This document shows positions 31,695-41,086 of a DNA stretch of 64,000 bases, piece after piece. The notes under the pieces were generated by a model. It did not search any database and had not been told where the DNA came from. It saw only the letters and a program-made list of their open reading frames with translations. A program made the translations under genes and the position numbers. Position 1 is the stretch's first letter. The number at the start of each line of letters is the position of its first letter. Origin of the DNA: an uncultured Bacilli bacterium (lineage in GTDB: Bacteria; Bacillota_I; Bacilli_A; RFN20; DUOF01); NCBI GenBank assembly GCA_934183255.1, contig CAKPSD010000001.1, forward strand, positions 517,728 to 581,727, read 5' to 3'.

Positions 31695-33363
31695 CGGAAA
31701 TAGACTCCTTTAATTTAGTTAACGCTATCTTTGTTTCTGCAGCAGTCTCTCCAAGTAAAGATGCTATTTCTTGAACTATTCTCATTTGCTTTTCTACTAC
31801 TTTATCTGCTACTTCTATTGTTTGTTTTGAAATATTTTCTTTTTTAACTTTTTCATCTTGAACATCGCTTATATCTCTTAAAATACATACTAACATTTGA
31901 TTATTTTCATCATATACAACTGTTTCTTCAACATACTTATTATATTCTGCTAAATAAGCTCTTTTATTATTTATACCACGCTTTGTTTCTAATACTTTTA
32001 AGAAAATATCTGGATCTAATATTCTAACTACTTGATCACCTAAAATATCATTTACATTATTAATTCTTAACATACTTTTAGCAGCATTATTAATTTGCTG
32101 AACTTCTAATTTATCATTTAACACTATTAATCCATTTGGGGTATTATTAACAATACAATCAGAAAAACTTTCAGCTTTCTCTTTTAAATAAGGAAGACAC
32201 ATTGATATCTCTGCTTTACCATTATAAATAGCTATTGCTTTTTCTCTGCATGTATTATATCCACAAGATCCACAATTAAGTTCATCTTCTTTTTTAATCT
32301 TTCCCATTTTCTTCATTATTTCTCTTATCTCATCTTCACTAGGATTAAGTCTTTTGCAATCAATTTGCTCAAAATGTTTTCTTATTTCTAAAGAGTCTGG
32401 CTGCTCTACACTAAAATCTTTCTTTCCAGCATAGTTTGCTACATACATATAGTCTTTAACTATTGCATGATGATACTTTTCCATTACTGGTCCACCTATA
32501 CAACTATTAGTGCACGCTGACATCTCTATAAAGCATTTATGTATATTACCACTTTCTATATCTTTAAGTGCTGCTATACAATTTTCTACCCCATCGATTG
32601 CCATATATGTATATTCACTATTTTTAGTATCCATTGTTTTTAAAATTCCCCCAGTAGTTGGAAAGAATCTTGCCTTACTATTATCATTTTTATCTATATT
32701 TTTAACTAACTCTATATTTTCTTCTTTTAACCAGTTAGAAAGTTCTTCAAAAGTCAAAACAGCATCTACTATTCCCTCATAATGACTAGCTTCATCTTTT
32801 TTAGAAACACAAGGGCCTATAAATACAACTTTTGCATTAGGATTACGCTTTTTAATATCACTAGCATGTGCTTGCATTGGTGACATAACATCTGCTAAAT
32901 AAGCTATTTCTTTTGGAAAATATTTTTGTATTAATAAATTAATAGAATGACAACAAGAAGAAATAACAATATCTCTTTTTTCCTCTTTAAGTAATCTCTC
33001 ATACTCATTTTTCACAATAGTAGCACCTATCGCTGTTTCTTCTACTTCTGCAAATCCTAACTTCTTTAAAGACTTTCGCATTTCATTTATTCCTACTCCA
33101 TCATAATTAGCAATGAAAGAAGGCGCTAAACTTACATATACAGGAACATTAGATTGAATTAAAACTTTTGCTTTCTCAACTTCGCTTGTTATTTGTTTGG
33201 CATTTTGTGGACATACAACAAAACATTGGCCACATAAAATACATTCATCATCATTTATATGAGCTTGATTAGCAGAAAAACGAATTGCCTTAACAGGGCA
33301 ATGCCTTATGCACTTATAACAATTTTTACAATTTGATTTTTTTAGTGTTAAAAAACTAGCCAT
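31687..33363 (-). CDS. hydS: putative sensory [FeFe]-hydrogenase (HydS-type: 2x[4Fe4S] + H-domain + Cys4 + PAS)
   Basis: Two CxxCxxCxxxCP ferredoxin motifs. H-domain motifs SSCCHS (L1), GPCVSKKDE (L2, Met to Gly) and EMSACTNSC (L3, Met to Ser). An extra CGSCGYNTC…C four-Cys site, then a PAS-like domain and a coiled-coil tail. Confidence 0.8.
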   Translation of the reverse strand: MASFLTLKKSNCKNCYKCIRHCPVKAIRFSANQAHINDDECILCGQCFVVCPQNAKQITSEVEKAKVLIQSNVPVYVSLAPSFIANYDGVGINEMRKSLKKLGFAEVEETAIGATIVKNEYERLLKEEKRDIVISSCCHSINLLIQKYFPKEIAYLADVMSPMQAHASDIKKRNPNAKVVFIGPCVSKKDEASHYEGIVDAVLTFEELSNWLKEENIELVKNIDKNDNSKARFFPTTGGILKTMDTKNSEYTYMAIDGVENCIAALKDIESGNIHKCFIEMSACTNSCIGGPVMEKYHHAIVKDYMYVANYAGKKDFSVEQPDSLEIRKHFEQIDCKRLNPSEDEIREIMKKMGKIKKEDELNCGSCGYNTCREKAIAIYNGKAEISMCLPYLKEKAESFSDCIVNNTPNGLIVLNDKLEVQQINNAAKSMLRINNVNDILGDQVVRILDPDIFLKVLETKRGINNKRAYLAEYNKYVEETVVYDENNQMLVCILRDISDVQDEKVKKENISKQTIEVADKVVEKQMRIVQEIASLLGETAAETKIALTKLKESISDE

Positions 33364-33396
33364 TACCTATACCTCTTTTCTATTAATAAGCATTAT

Positions 33397-33639
33397 TTAA
33401 ATTCTAGTAAGAACCTCTTTTTTAAAGAATTCTTCTACAGTAGTTGGACTAACTGAATAAAATTCACCATTAACAGTTACACAAACACCTTGCTGACATT
33501 TTCCCATACAAAAAGTACCAGAAAGTTCAACCCTATCTTTAACATTATTAGTATCTATTAAATTTTGTAAACTCTCTACTACTTGTCTTGATCCTTTAAT
33601 ATGGCATGAACTTCCTATACACACTACTACCTTAACCAT
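33397..33639 (-). CDS. thioredoxin-like [2Fe-2S] ferredoxin (NuoE/HndA-like)
   Basis: 80 aa with Cys7, Cys12, Cys44 and Cys48 (CIGSSCHIKG…CMGKCQQG). First gene of the hydS operon. Confidence 0.7.
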   Translation of the reverse strand: MVKVVVCIGSSCHIKGSRQVVESLQNLIDTNNVKDRVELSGTFCMGKCQQGVCVTVNGEFYSVSPTTVEEFFKKEVLTRI

Positions 33640-33802
33640 TATTCCATCCTCCTAATTACATAAAGTATTAAATAATTACAAACATATAATATAACATTTT
33701 CATCATTTTCTCTTATTATTTAAGATACTTTTTATCATAATTTTGTATTATGAAATCATGCATTTTTTAATATAATTTTTTCTTTTTTTAATAACTAAAA
33801 AG

Positions 33803-33876
33803 AAAAATGTGTCATTTTTTAAAAATTTGACACATTTTTATTAGAAATCATACTCATTTTTCTATTTCATGACACA
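33803..33876. promoter_or_regulatory. candidate operator: inverted repeat AAAAATGTGTCA-N13-TGACACATTTTT plus a third TGACACA half-site
   Basis: A perfect 12-nt inverted repeat at 33803-33814 and 33828-33839, with another TGACACA at 33870-33876. It lies 165-240 nt upstream of the hydrogenase operon start. Confidence 0.4.
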
Positions 33877-33935
33877 ATTTTGTATATTAATTTATAATTT
33901 TTTTCAAAATTTTCAAAAATGATATATTTACAAAA

Positions 33936-34274
33936 TTACTTTTTATTTTTTCTTATAAATTCTTTTATGTCATTAGAATCAAGTTCTGGCATTTGCCTTT
34001 TTATTATTTCACTTGTAGTCTTAAATGAAGGGATATCTCCCTTCTCGTATTTTTGAGCCTCTATAATTGTCTTAACAGTATTCATAGTCTCTTTATCTGC
34101 ATATATAGCATTTTTAATAGCCTTGCAAACATCTTCATCATTGCCTTCTTTGTATAATTCAAGCAGATACTTCTTATCTTCATTTTTAACTAGCAAATAT
34201 AACAAAGTCATTTCATACAATTTTTTGCTTTTTTCTAATTCATTGATTATCTCTTCAACGTTCATGTTCATCAT
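33936..34274 (-). CDS. hypothetical protein
   Basis: 112-aa ORF, no motif. Confidence 0.4.
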   Translation of the reverse strand: MMNMNVEEIINELEKSKKLYEMTLLYLLVKNEDKKYLLELYKEGNDEDVCKAIKNAIYADKETMNTVKTIIEAQKYEKGDIPSFKTTSEIIKRQMPELDSNDIKEFIRKNKK

Positions 34275-34372
34275 TCCTTTTTATATAGTATAACATTATT
34301 TTTTAGGTAATAGTGCATTTTTTACACTTTAGCAATAATTATTAATATTATGTAATGAATAGGAGTGAAATT

Positions 34373-35125
34373 ATGGATAATAACATTTTAAATATGCAAA
34401 ATATATCCAAAAGTTTTTTTACTCTTGAAGGTGAAGTTGAAGTATTAAAAGATATTAATTTAGAATTAAAAGAAGGAGAAAAGATAGCAATTGTAGGTCC
34501 TAGTGGATGTGGTAAATCTACTATTCTCAATTTAATAAGTGGGCTTATAAAACCTAGTAAAGGTACTATTGATCTACATAAAAATGTTGGTTATATGTTT
34601 CAAAAGGATAATTTACTTGAATGGAGAAATATATATAAAAATATTACTATTGGACTAGAAATAAGAAAACAAATGAATGATACACAAAAAGAAATAATAA
34701 ATGAGTTATTAAAAAAATATGGTTTATATGAATTTAGAAATAGTTATCCTAGTGAATTAAGTGGTGGTATGAGGCAAAGAGTAGCTTTAATCAGAACACT
34801 TGTTTTAAATCCAGATATATTATTACTCGATGAACCATTTAGCGCCTTAGATGCTCAAACAAAAATTGCTGTAAATGATGATGTATATGATATTGTAACA
34901 AAAGAAAATAAAAGTGTTATTTTAGTAACTCATGACATATCTGAAGCAATTGCTTTTAGTGATAAAGTAATTGTTTTAACAAGTAGACCTGCAAGTGTAA
35001 AAAAAGTATATGAAATTAAATTTGATGATTTAGAAAAAAGAACTCCTCTTAGTTCAAGAAAACATGCCTTATTTAAAGACTATTTTGACAAGATATGGAG
35101 GGATTTAGATGAATTTAAAAAGTGA
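34373..35125 (+). CDS. ABC transporter ATP-binding protein (NitT/TauT family)
   Basis: Walker A GPSGCGKST, signature LSGGMRQR and Walker B LLLDEPFSALD. I placed the start at the ATG at 34373, 8 nt after GGAG. Confidence 0.85.
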   Translation: MDNNILNMQNISKSFFTLEGEVEVLKDINLELKEGEKIAIVGPSGCGKSTILNLISGLIKPSKGTIDLHKNVGYMFQKDNLLEWRNIYKNITIGLEIRKQMNDTQKEIINELLKKYGLYEFRNSYPSELSGGMRQRVALIRTLVLNPDILLLDEPFSALDAQTKIAVNDDVYDIVTKENKSVILVTHDISEAIAFSDKVIVLTSRPASVKKVYEIKFDDLEKRTPLSSRKHALFKDYFDKIWRDLDEFKK

Positions 35126-35912
35126 TGATGCTAAAAAATATATAAAGAAACAAAAAATTAATAAAATAAAAATTATTTTTGCACAAATATTTATATTAAT
35201 AAGTTTCTTTTTAATATGGGAGTTATTAACAAGAAAAGAAATTATAAATAGTTTTTTAGTATCTAGCCCTAGTGAAATATTTTTATTATTAAAGAAATAT
35301 ATAGCAAGTGGTGAATTATTTTCTCACATCTACATATCAGTATATGAAACTATACTTGGATTAATAATAGGTACTGTTATAGGTATTTTTATAGCAATAA
35401 TACTTTGGTGGAGCAAAACTTTAGCTAAAATATTTGATCCATTTTTAGTAGTTTTAAATGCCCTTCCTAAAACTGCGCTTGCCCCAATATTTATAATATG
35501 GGCTGGAACAGGAGTAAAAGGAATTGTTGTAGTAGCAGTCTCCATCTCTCTTATTTTAACTGTTTTATCTGCTTACAACTATTTTAAAAATGTTGATGAA
35601 GAGAAAATAAAAATGTTAAAAAGTTTTGGTGCTAATAAATTTCAAATATTATGCAAACTTGTAATACCTTCGAATATTGTAAACATCGTTGATATTATAA
35701 AGATTAATATAGGAATGTCTTGGGTTGGAGTTATAATGGGAGAATTTATTGTTTCTAGAAGCGGTATAGGATACTTAATTGTATATGGTAGCCAAATATT
35801 TAAACTAGATTTAGTAATGATGGGAGTCTTTGTTTTGGCAATAATTGCATATGTTATGTATCAATTAGTTAATATATTAGAGAAAATATTAAAGAAGAAA
35901 TTAAGTAAATAA
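35109..35912 (+). CDS. ABC transporter permease (NitT/TauT family)
   Basis: 6-TM BPD-type permease with the EAA-like loop. Overlaps the ATPase gene. Confidence 0.8.
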   Translation: MNLKSDDAKKYIKKQKINKIKIIFAQIFILISFFLIWELLTRKEIINSFLVSSPSEIFLLLKKYIASGELFSHIYISVYETILGLIIGTVIGIFIAIILWWSKTLAKIFDPFLVVLNALPKTALAPIFIIWAGTGVKGIVVVAVSISLILTVLSAYNYFKNVDEEKIKMLKSFGANKFQILCKLVIPSNIVNIVDIIKINIGMSWVGVIMGEFIVSRSGIGYLIVYGSQIFKLDLVMMGVFVLAIIAYVMYQLVNILEKILKKKLSK

Positions 35913-35968
35913 TCACATATTTAATTTAAATTAATATTCTATTAATAGAGTAAAAGGAGAATAATTAA

Positions 35969-36991
35969 ATGAAAAAAATAAAATGTTTTTTAGCTTCTTT
36001 ACTAGCTTTTCCATTTTTACTTATAAATGGATGTAGTTGTAAAGATGATGGCTTAACTAAACTTACAGTAGCGGAAGTCACCCATTCAGTTTTCTATGCT
36101 CCTCAATATGTAGCAGATACTATGGGATTCTTTAAAGAAGAAGGGTTAAAAGTATCTTTTGTAAACACTAATGGTGCTGATAAAACAATGGCAGCTTTAT
36201 TATCTAAAGATGCTGAGATAGGTTTAATGGGTAGTGAGGCTTCAATTTATGTTTATAACGAAGGTCAAAAAGACTATGCAATTAACTTTGCTCAATTAAC
36301 TCAAAAAGATGGAAGTTTCTTAGTTTCAAGAACTAACACAAGTAACTTTGATATTTCTATGTTAAAAGGTAAAGAAATACTTGGTGGTAGACTTGCTGGT
36401 ATGCCAGAAATGGTTCTTGAATACATATTAAAAAATGCTGGATTAAATGTTGGAGTTAATGATTCTACTAAAGATGTAAATGTAAGAACAGATGTTCAAT
36501 TTGCGGCAATGGCTGGAGCTTTTACTTCAGGAGAGGGAGATTATGTTTCTTTATTTGAGCCTACTGCTTCTAGTATTGTGAAAGCAAATAAAGGATATAT
36601 AGTAGCATCTCTAGGTGAGTTATCAGGAAATATTCCTTATACTTCATATTCTACTTTAAAAAGTTATATGAATAAAAATAGTGATACTATTCAAAAATTC
36701 ACTAACGCTATATATAAAGCTCAAAAATGGGTGTATGAGCATACTGATGTAGAAGTTGCAGAGGCGATAAAATCATATTTTAGTGATTCTTCAATCGAAG
36801 ATTTAACTACTGCAGTTAAAAATTATAGATCAATTGAAGCATGGGCTAAAGATCCTACTTTAACTGTTGAATCTTTAAACAAATTAATGGATATTATCGA
36901 ACTTGCTAATCAATTAGATAAACGTGCCCCTTATGATAAAATAGTAACAACAGAATATGCAAGAAATGCTATTTCAAGTCTTAGTGAATAA
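35969..36991 (+). CDS. ABC substrate-binding lipoprotein (NMT1/THI5-like)
   Basis: Lipobox LLINGCS after a signal peptide. The SBP fold fits the NitT/TauT family. Confidence 0.8.
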   Translation: MKKIKCFLASLLAFPFLLINGCSCKDDGLTKLTVAEVTHSVFYAPQYVADTMGFFKEEGLKVSFVNTNGADKTMAALLSKDAEIGLMGSEASIYVYNEGQKDYAINFAQLTQKDGSFLVSRTNTSNFDISMLKGKEILGGRLAGMPEMVLEYILKNAGLNVGVNDSTKDVNVRTDVQFAAMAGAFTSGEGDYVSLFEPTASSIVKANKGYIVASLGELSGNIPYTSYSTLKSYMNKNSDTIQKFTNAIYKAQKWVYEHTDVEVAEAIKSYFSDSSIEDLTTAVKNYRSIEAWAKDPTLTVESLNKLMDIIELANQLDKRAPYDKIVTTEYARNAISSLSE

Positions 36992-37138
36992 AAGATATTT
37001 TCTTGCTTAATTTAACTATTTGATGTATCATTAAGTTGGTAATAGTAAACATATAGCTTATACAATCAAATTTGTATGGTTGTATAGGCTATTTTAATTT
37101 ATTACTACTAATTATTAAGAAGGAGGATTTTTCTACCT

Positions 37139-37342
37139 ATGTATCAAGGAACTGTAAAATGGTTCAATTCTGAAAAAGGTTATGGATTTATCACTACTAG
37201 TGATGGTAAAGATGTATTTGCTCACTATAGTGCAATCAATGCTGAAGGTTATAAAAGTTTAACACAAGGTCAAAAAGTTAGCTTTGATATCGTTGAAGAC
37301 AATGATAGAACTAGAGCTAGTAATATAACTGTTATTGAGTAA
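37139..37342 (+). CDS. csp: cold-shock protein (CspA family)
   Basis: [15 protein letters not shown] and VFAHYSAI motifs. 67 aa. Confidence 0.92.
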   Translation: MYQGTVKWFNSEKGYGFITTSDGKDVFAHYSAINAEGYKSLTQGQKVSFDIVEDNDRTRASNITVIE

Positions 37343-37349
37343 GAACTAA

Positions 37350-37377
37350 AAAAAGGTCACTTGGACCTTTTTTTATT
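37350..37377. terminator. bidirectional rho-independent terminator
   Basis: AAAAAGGTC-ACTTG-GACCTTTTTTT. Confidence 0.7.
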
Positions 37378-37696
37378 ACTCTTTAAATATTTCTGCCATT
37401 CCTATTGCATCTTCTACAGGCAAGACAAATGATAAGGCATGAGCCTTAGTATTCATTCCAGCTTTATTACTAATAGCCTCTACTATAGCTTTTGTTTGTT
37501 CTCCCTTACAAAGAATTAAAACAATTTGTTTATCTGGTTGAATATTTAGTTTAAAGAACTTATTAGGCTCTTTAGAAGTACTTCCTCTTCCATTTATAAT
37601 AGTAGCACCTTTAGCACCTGCTTCTTTACTTGCATCCACTACATAATCACTATATCCACCATCACAAATAGTAACTATACACTCAAACTTATTCAT
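37376..37696 (-). CDS. P-II-like (GlnB-fold) small signalling protein
   Basis: 106 aa with a P-II-like pattern (…GRG…KAIVEAI…). Overlaps the upstream paralogue. Confidence 0.55.
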   Translation of the reverse strand: MNKFECIVTICDGGYSDYVVDASKEAGAKGATIINGRGSTSKEPNKFFKLNIQPDKQIVLILCKGEQTKAIVEAISNKAGMNTKAHALSFVLPVEDAIGMAEIFKE

Positions 37697-38030
37697 TTTC
37701 TATCTCCTCCTTTAAGAAATACTTTAAACTATCTAAACTAGATATACCTTTTATTGGAACTCTAAAAGCAATTGTATTCTTTAAAAATTCGCTTATTTTT
37801 ATAGCTTCCATTATCTTTGAAGAATCCTCTTCACTACAAGGATAAATAAGAATATTTTTTTTAGTTTCTCCTATTCCTAAATAATCTAATATGCTTGAAC
37901 TAGCGCTACCCATTGCATACATTAAAAAGTATTTATTTACTCCCACATTTTCTAAATATTTAGTTACTTTATTTACAATATCTCTTTCAGTAATTAATAT
38001 TGTAAATTTAAGTTTTTTATCAACTTTCAT
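37689..38030 (-). CDS. P-II-like (GlnB-fold) small protein, paralogue
   Basis: 113 aa with a similar pattern. Its start abuts the DUF1538 stop. Confidence 0.5.
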   Translation of the reverse strand: MKVDKKLKFTILITERDIVNKVTKYLENVGVNKYFLMYAMGSASSSILDYLGIGETKKNILIYPCSEEDSSKIMEAIKISEFLKNTIAFRVPIKGISSLDSLKYFLKEEIENE

Positions 38031-38032
38031 AC

Positions 38033-39520
38033 TTATACCTCCAATTCAATATATTCTTCAAATTCACGAGTTTGTTCTTCTTTACTTTGTTTCTTAAGTT
38101 TATAATTATACATAATACCTAATACTTGAATACTAATTAAAGGAGTTAAAGCAATAAAGGCTACTAAACCAAAAGCATCTAAAACCACACTATGATTTAA
38201 AGCTAAGCATGCTCCTATTGCAAATGGTAAAATAAATGTAGCTGCCATTGGTCCACTAGCCACTCCTCCTGAATCAAAAGCAATCGCAGTAAATAATTTT
38301 GGTGTAAAGAAAGTCATTATTAAAGCAATTAAATATCCAGGCAATAAAATATACATAACAGGAATATCAAAAACAATTCTAAGCATTGATAAACCAACTG
38401 CTAAAGAAACACCTAAAGCTAAACTAATAGTTAATGATTTTCTAGTAATTAAACCACTAGATATTTCCTCAACTTGTTTATTAAGAACATATACTGCTGG
38501 TTCAGCAAGTATTGTAAGTAATCCCATAATCATTCCAAGTGGTATTAAAATATTTGGATGATTACTTACTATTTCCTTACCAAGATAGTTACCAACATTA
38601 CTAAACCCATAATTAACCCCTACTAAAAATAAAACTAATCCAATAAATGTATAAACAATACTAATTAATATTTTAATTAAAGATTTTTTTGATATTTTAA
38701 GGAAAAATATTTGAAACACAATAAATAGTATTACAATTGGGCTTAATGCTATTAATACTTCTTTGCCATATTTTAAAAGACATTCAAATATACTTAATGA
38801 ACTAGAATTTAAAACATAATCTGTATTACCATTTTTAAAGAATAAACTTAAAAATAAAACTGCCACAATTGGTCCAATAGAGCATAATCCAATTAATCCA
38901 AAACTATCATCTTTTGATGTTTCTCCACCATTAACAGATGCTATTCCTACCCCTAATGCCATAATAAAAGGAACCGTTATTGGTCCTGTTGTAACACCAC
39001 CTGAATCAAATGATAATGGTATGAATTTAGATGGTATGAATATAGTTAATATAAATAATAAACCATATGATATTAATAATAATTTTGATAAGCTTAGTTT
39101 AAAAATAATTCTTAATACTGATAATGCTAAAAAGATTCCTACTCCTATTGCAACCGTAATAATCAAAGTTGTACTAGGTAAATAACTTGCTTGTTCAGCT
39201 AACACCTTTAAATCTGGTTCTGCTATAGTGATGCATGTTCCTAATAAAAAGCAAGTAAAAACTAATAAAGTTAAACTTTTATGCTTTGATAAAAATGATC
39301 CCATTTTATTACCTATAGGCATCATTGCATTATCTGCACCTAGAGTAAATAAAGACATTCCTAAAACTAATAATAATGTTCCTACTATAAAAGAAGAAAA
39401 CATACTATTATTTAATGGAGCAAGAGTAAAATGTAAAACAATTACAAGCAAAAACACTGGTAAAATTGATAAAAACGATTCTTTTATTTTTGTAAATAAC
39501 TCCTTATACATTACTATCAC
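38033..39520 (-). CDS. DUF1538-family polytopic membrane protein (two internal repeats)
   Basis: 495 aa with about 12 TM helices. Each half has the repeated FDSGGVT/ASGP motifs typical of DUF1538. Confidence 0.6.
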   Translation of the reverse strand: MIVMYKELFTKIKESFLSILPVFLLVIVLHFTLAPLNNSMFSSFIVGTLLLVLGMSLFTLGADNAMMPIGNKMGSFLSKHKSLTLLVFTCFLLGTCITIAEPDLKVLAEQASYLPSTTLIITVAIGVGIFLALSVLRIIFKLSLSKLLLISYGLLFILTIFIPSKFIPLSFDSGGVTTGPITVPFIMALGVGIASVNGGETSKDDSFGLIGLCSIGPIVAVLFLSLFFKNGNTDYVLNSSSLSIFECLLKYGKEVLIALSPIVILFIVFQIFFLKISKKSLIKILISIVYTFIGLVLFLVGVNYGFSNVGNYLGKEIVSNHPNILIPLGMIMGLLTILAEPAVYVLNKQVEEISSGLITRKSLTISLALGVSLAVGLSMLRIVFDIPVMYILLPGYLIALIMTFFTPKLFTAIAFDSGGVASGPMAATFILPFAIGACLALNHSVVLDAFGLVAFIALTPLISIQVLGIMYNYKLKKQSKEEQTREFEEYIELEV

Positions 39521-39582
39521 AACACCTTTATAATTAATATTAAATTATATGTTTTTAATAGTCAATTAATGAAGAAAACAAA

Positions 39583-39867
39583 TTAAGAGAAATAATTAAA
39601 TCCAACAGGTGCTTTCATACATTGATTATAAAAGTATTTATCATTTATATCTTTATAAGTATAGTTTTTGTATATCTTTAAATTTGCTTTTTTAGCTACA
39701 CATTCAATATAATTTATAGAATAATTAGACTTCATTTCTTCATTTTTCCATGCTGCTAACTTCTTATTTAACTTTTTTTCACTCTCACAATTAATAGAAT
39801 AATCAAATACAATATAACTATTATCTCCTACTAACTCAATAGTCCTTCCAAATATTTCTTTATCCAA
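39583..39867 (-). CDS. hypothetical protein (possible frameshifted longer gene)
   Basis: 94-aa ORF. An overlapping 44-codon ORF in another frame runs upstream to about 39960. Confidence 0.3.
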   Translation of the reverse strand: MDKEIFGRTIELVGDNSYIVFDYSINCESEKKLNKKLAAWKNEEMKSNYSINYIECVAKKANLKIYKNYTYKDINDKYFYNQCMKAPVGFNYFS

Positions 39868-40075
39868 GTAATAACTTTAATCTTTTCTTCATACACTTTA
39901 TCTTTATTATTTTTAGTATAGTAATATCTAACAAAACAACTCATTAATGCTGTCATATTTTTCATTTTTTTTACACCTCTACATATTTAATACACTAACA
40001 TGTACAAGCATTACAAGACTTGAAAAAATTCTCGTTTTGTGGCAATATAAGCACATAAATAAGCAATAAAAAAGA

Positions 40076-40744
40076 TTAGTTTTCACTAGTCTTTTTATTT
40101 TCTAAACGATCAATAATAGTGTAATAAATCATAAGTAATGCACTAGATATAATAACTCCACCTACTATATCAGTAAACCAATGCACGCCTGATAGAGTTC
40201 TACCTATCACCATTAAAATCATAACAAATGATAATGCTATATTAAGATATCTAACAATATTATTTTTAAATAGTTTGCTATTTATAATAATTGCACTTCC
40301 ACATACACATAAGGTAATCATTGTATGAGATGAAGGATATGATGCCTCAAGTACACCATCTACTAATATAGGTCTATAGTTAATTATTACTTTTTCAAAT
40401 AAAACATACATTAAACCTATTACCACATAAAAGCAACCCAAAACAAGAAGTTCTTTATCTACTTTAAACAAACTCTTTCTTTTTACTATCTCTATAATTC
40501 CTATTACTGCATATGCTAAAACAATTAACACAAATATATAACCTAAATATTTAGTTAAATTATACCAATGACTATTTTCTCCAAAAACTCTAAAAACAGC
40601 CTTATTAAGATTAGCAAACCCAACTTTAGAATTATTAGGTCCTACTTCTTTTACATCAACAAATTTAACTAATAATGTATACACTATTGCAAACACACTT
40701 AAAACAACACTTATTATAATATTTCTTTTCTTATTCACTTTCAT
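40076..40744 (-). CDS. PAP2-family membrane phosphatase
   Basis: PSGH-like YPSSHT and SGVHWFTDIVGG motifs. Several TM helices. RBS GGAGG. Confidence 0.7.
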   Translation of the reverse strand: MKVNKKRNIIISVVLSVFAIVYTLLVKFVDVKEVGPNNSKVGFANLNKAVFRVFGENSHWYNLTKYLGYIFVLIVLAYAVIGIIEIVKRKSLFKVDKELLVLGCFYVVIGLMYVLFEKVIINYRPILVDGVLEASYPSSHTMITLCVCGSAIIINSKLFKNNIVRYLNIALSFVMILMVIGRTLSGVHWFTDIVGGVIISSALLMIYYTIIDRLENKKTSEN

Positions 40745-41086
40745 GTTTTACCTCCTACATGCAGTTTTAATTTTAGCATAACTCTCATTAAAATCATATA
40801 CATGTATTATTTTATTTTTAATCGTTTTATACGCACAATAAACACATAAATAAAAAGAAAATATATGTTATTATATTAAATAAAGTACCTACAATTTTAA
40901 AACAAATCCTATTGCTGCTTTACCATTAATTTTTTAAAACAAAATATGAAAATGCTACTATTATAATATTATAATCATCAATAGAAAATGCAACACTTAC
41001 TTCTCCATCTTGTAAAACTTTATAATAACATAACCACGATATTCTAAATAATATTAAAAATATAATTATTTTTGCTGTAAGTTCAC

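Noticed and set aside
34275-34372. TPP riboswitch upstream of the NMT1/THI5-like ABC transporter operon
   Set aside because: No CUGAGA or ACCUGAUCUGGAUAAUGCCAGCG core elements appear in the 98-nt leader.
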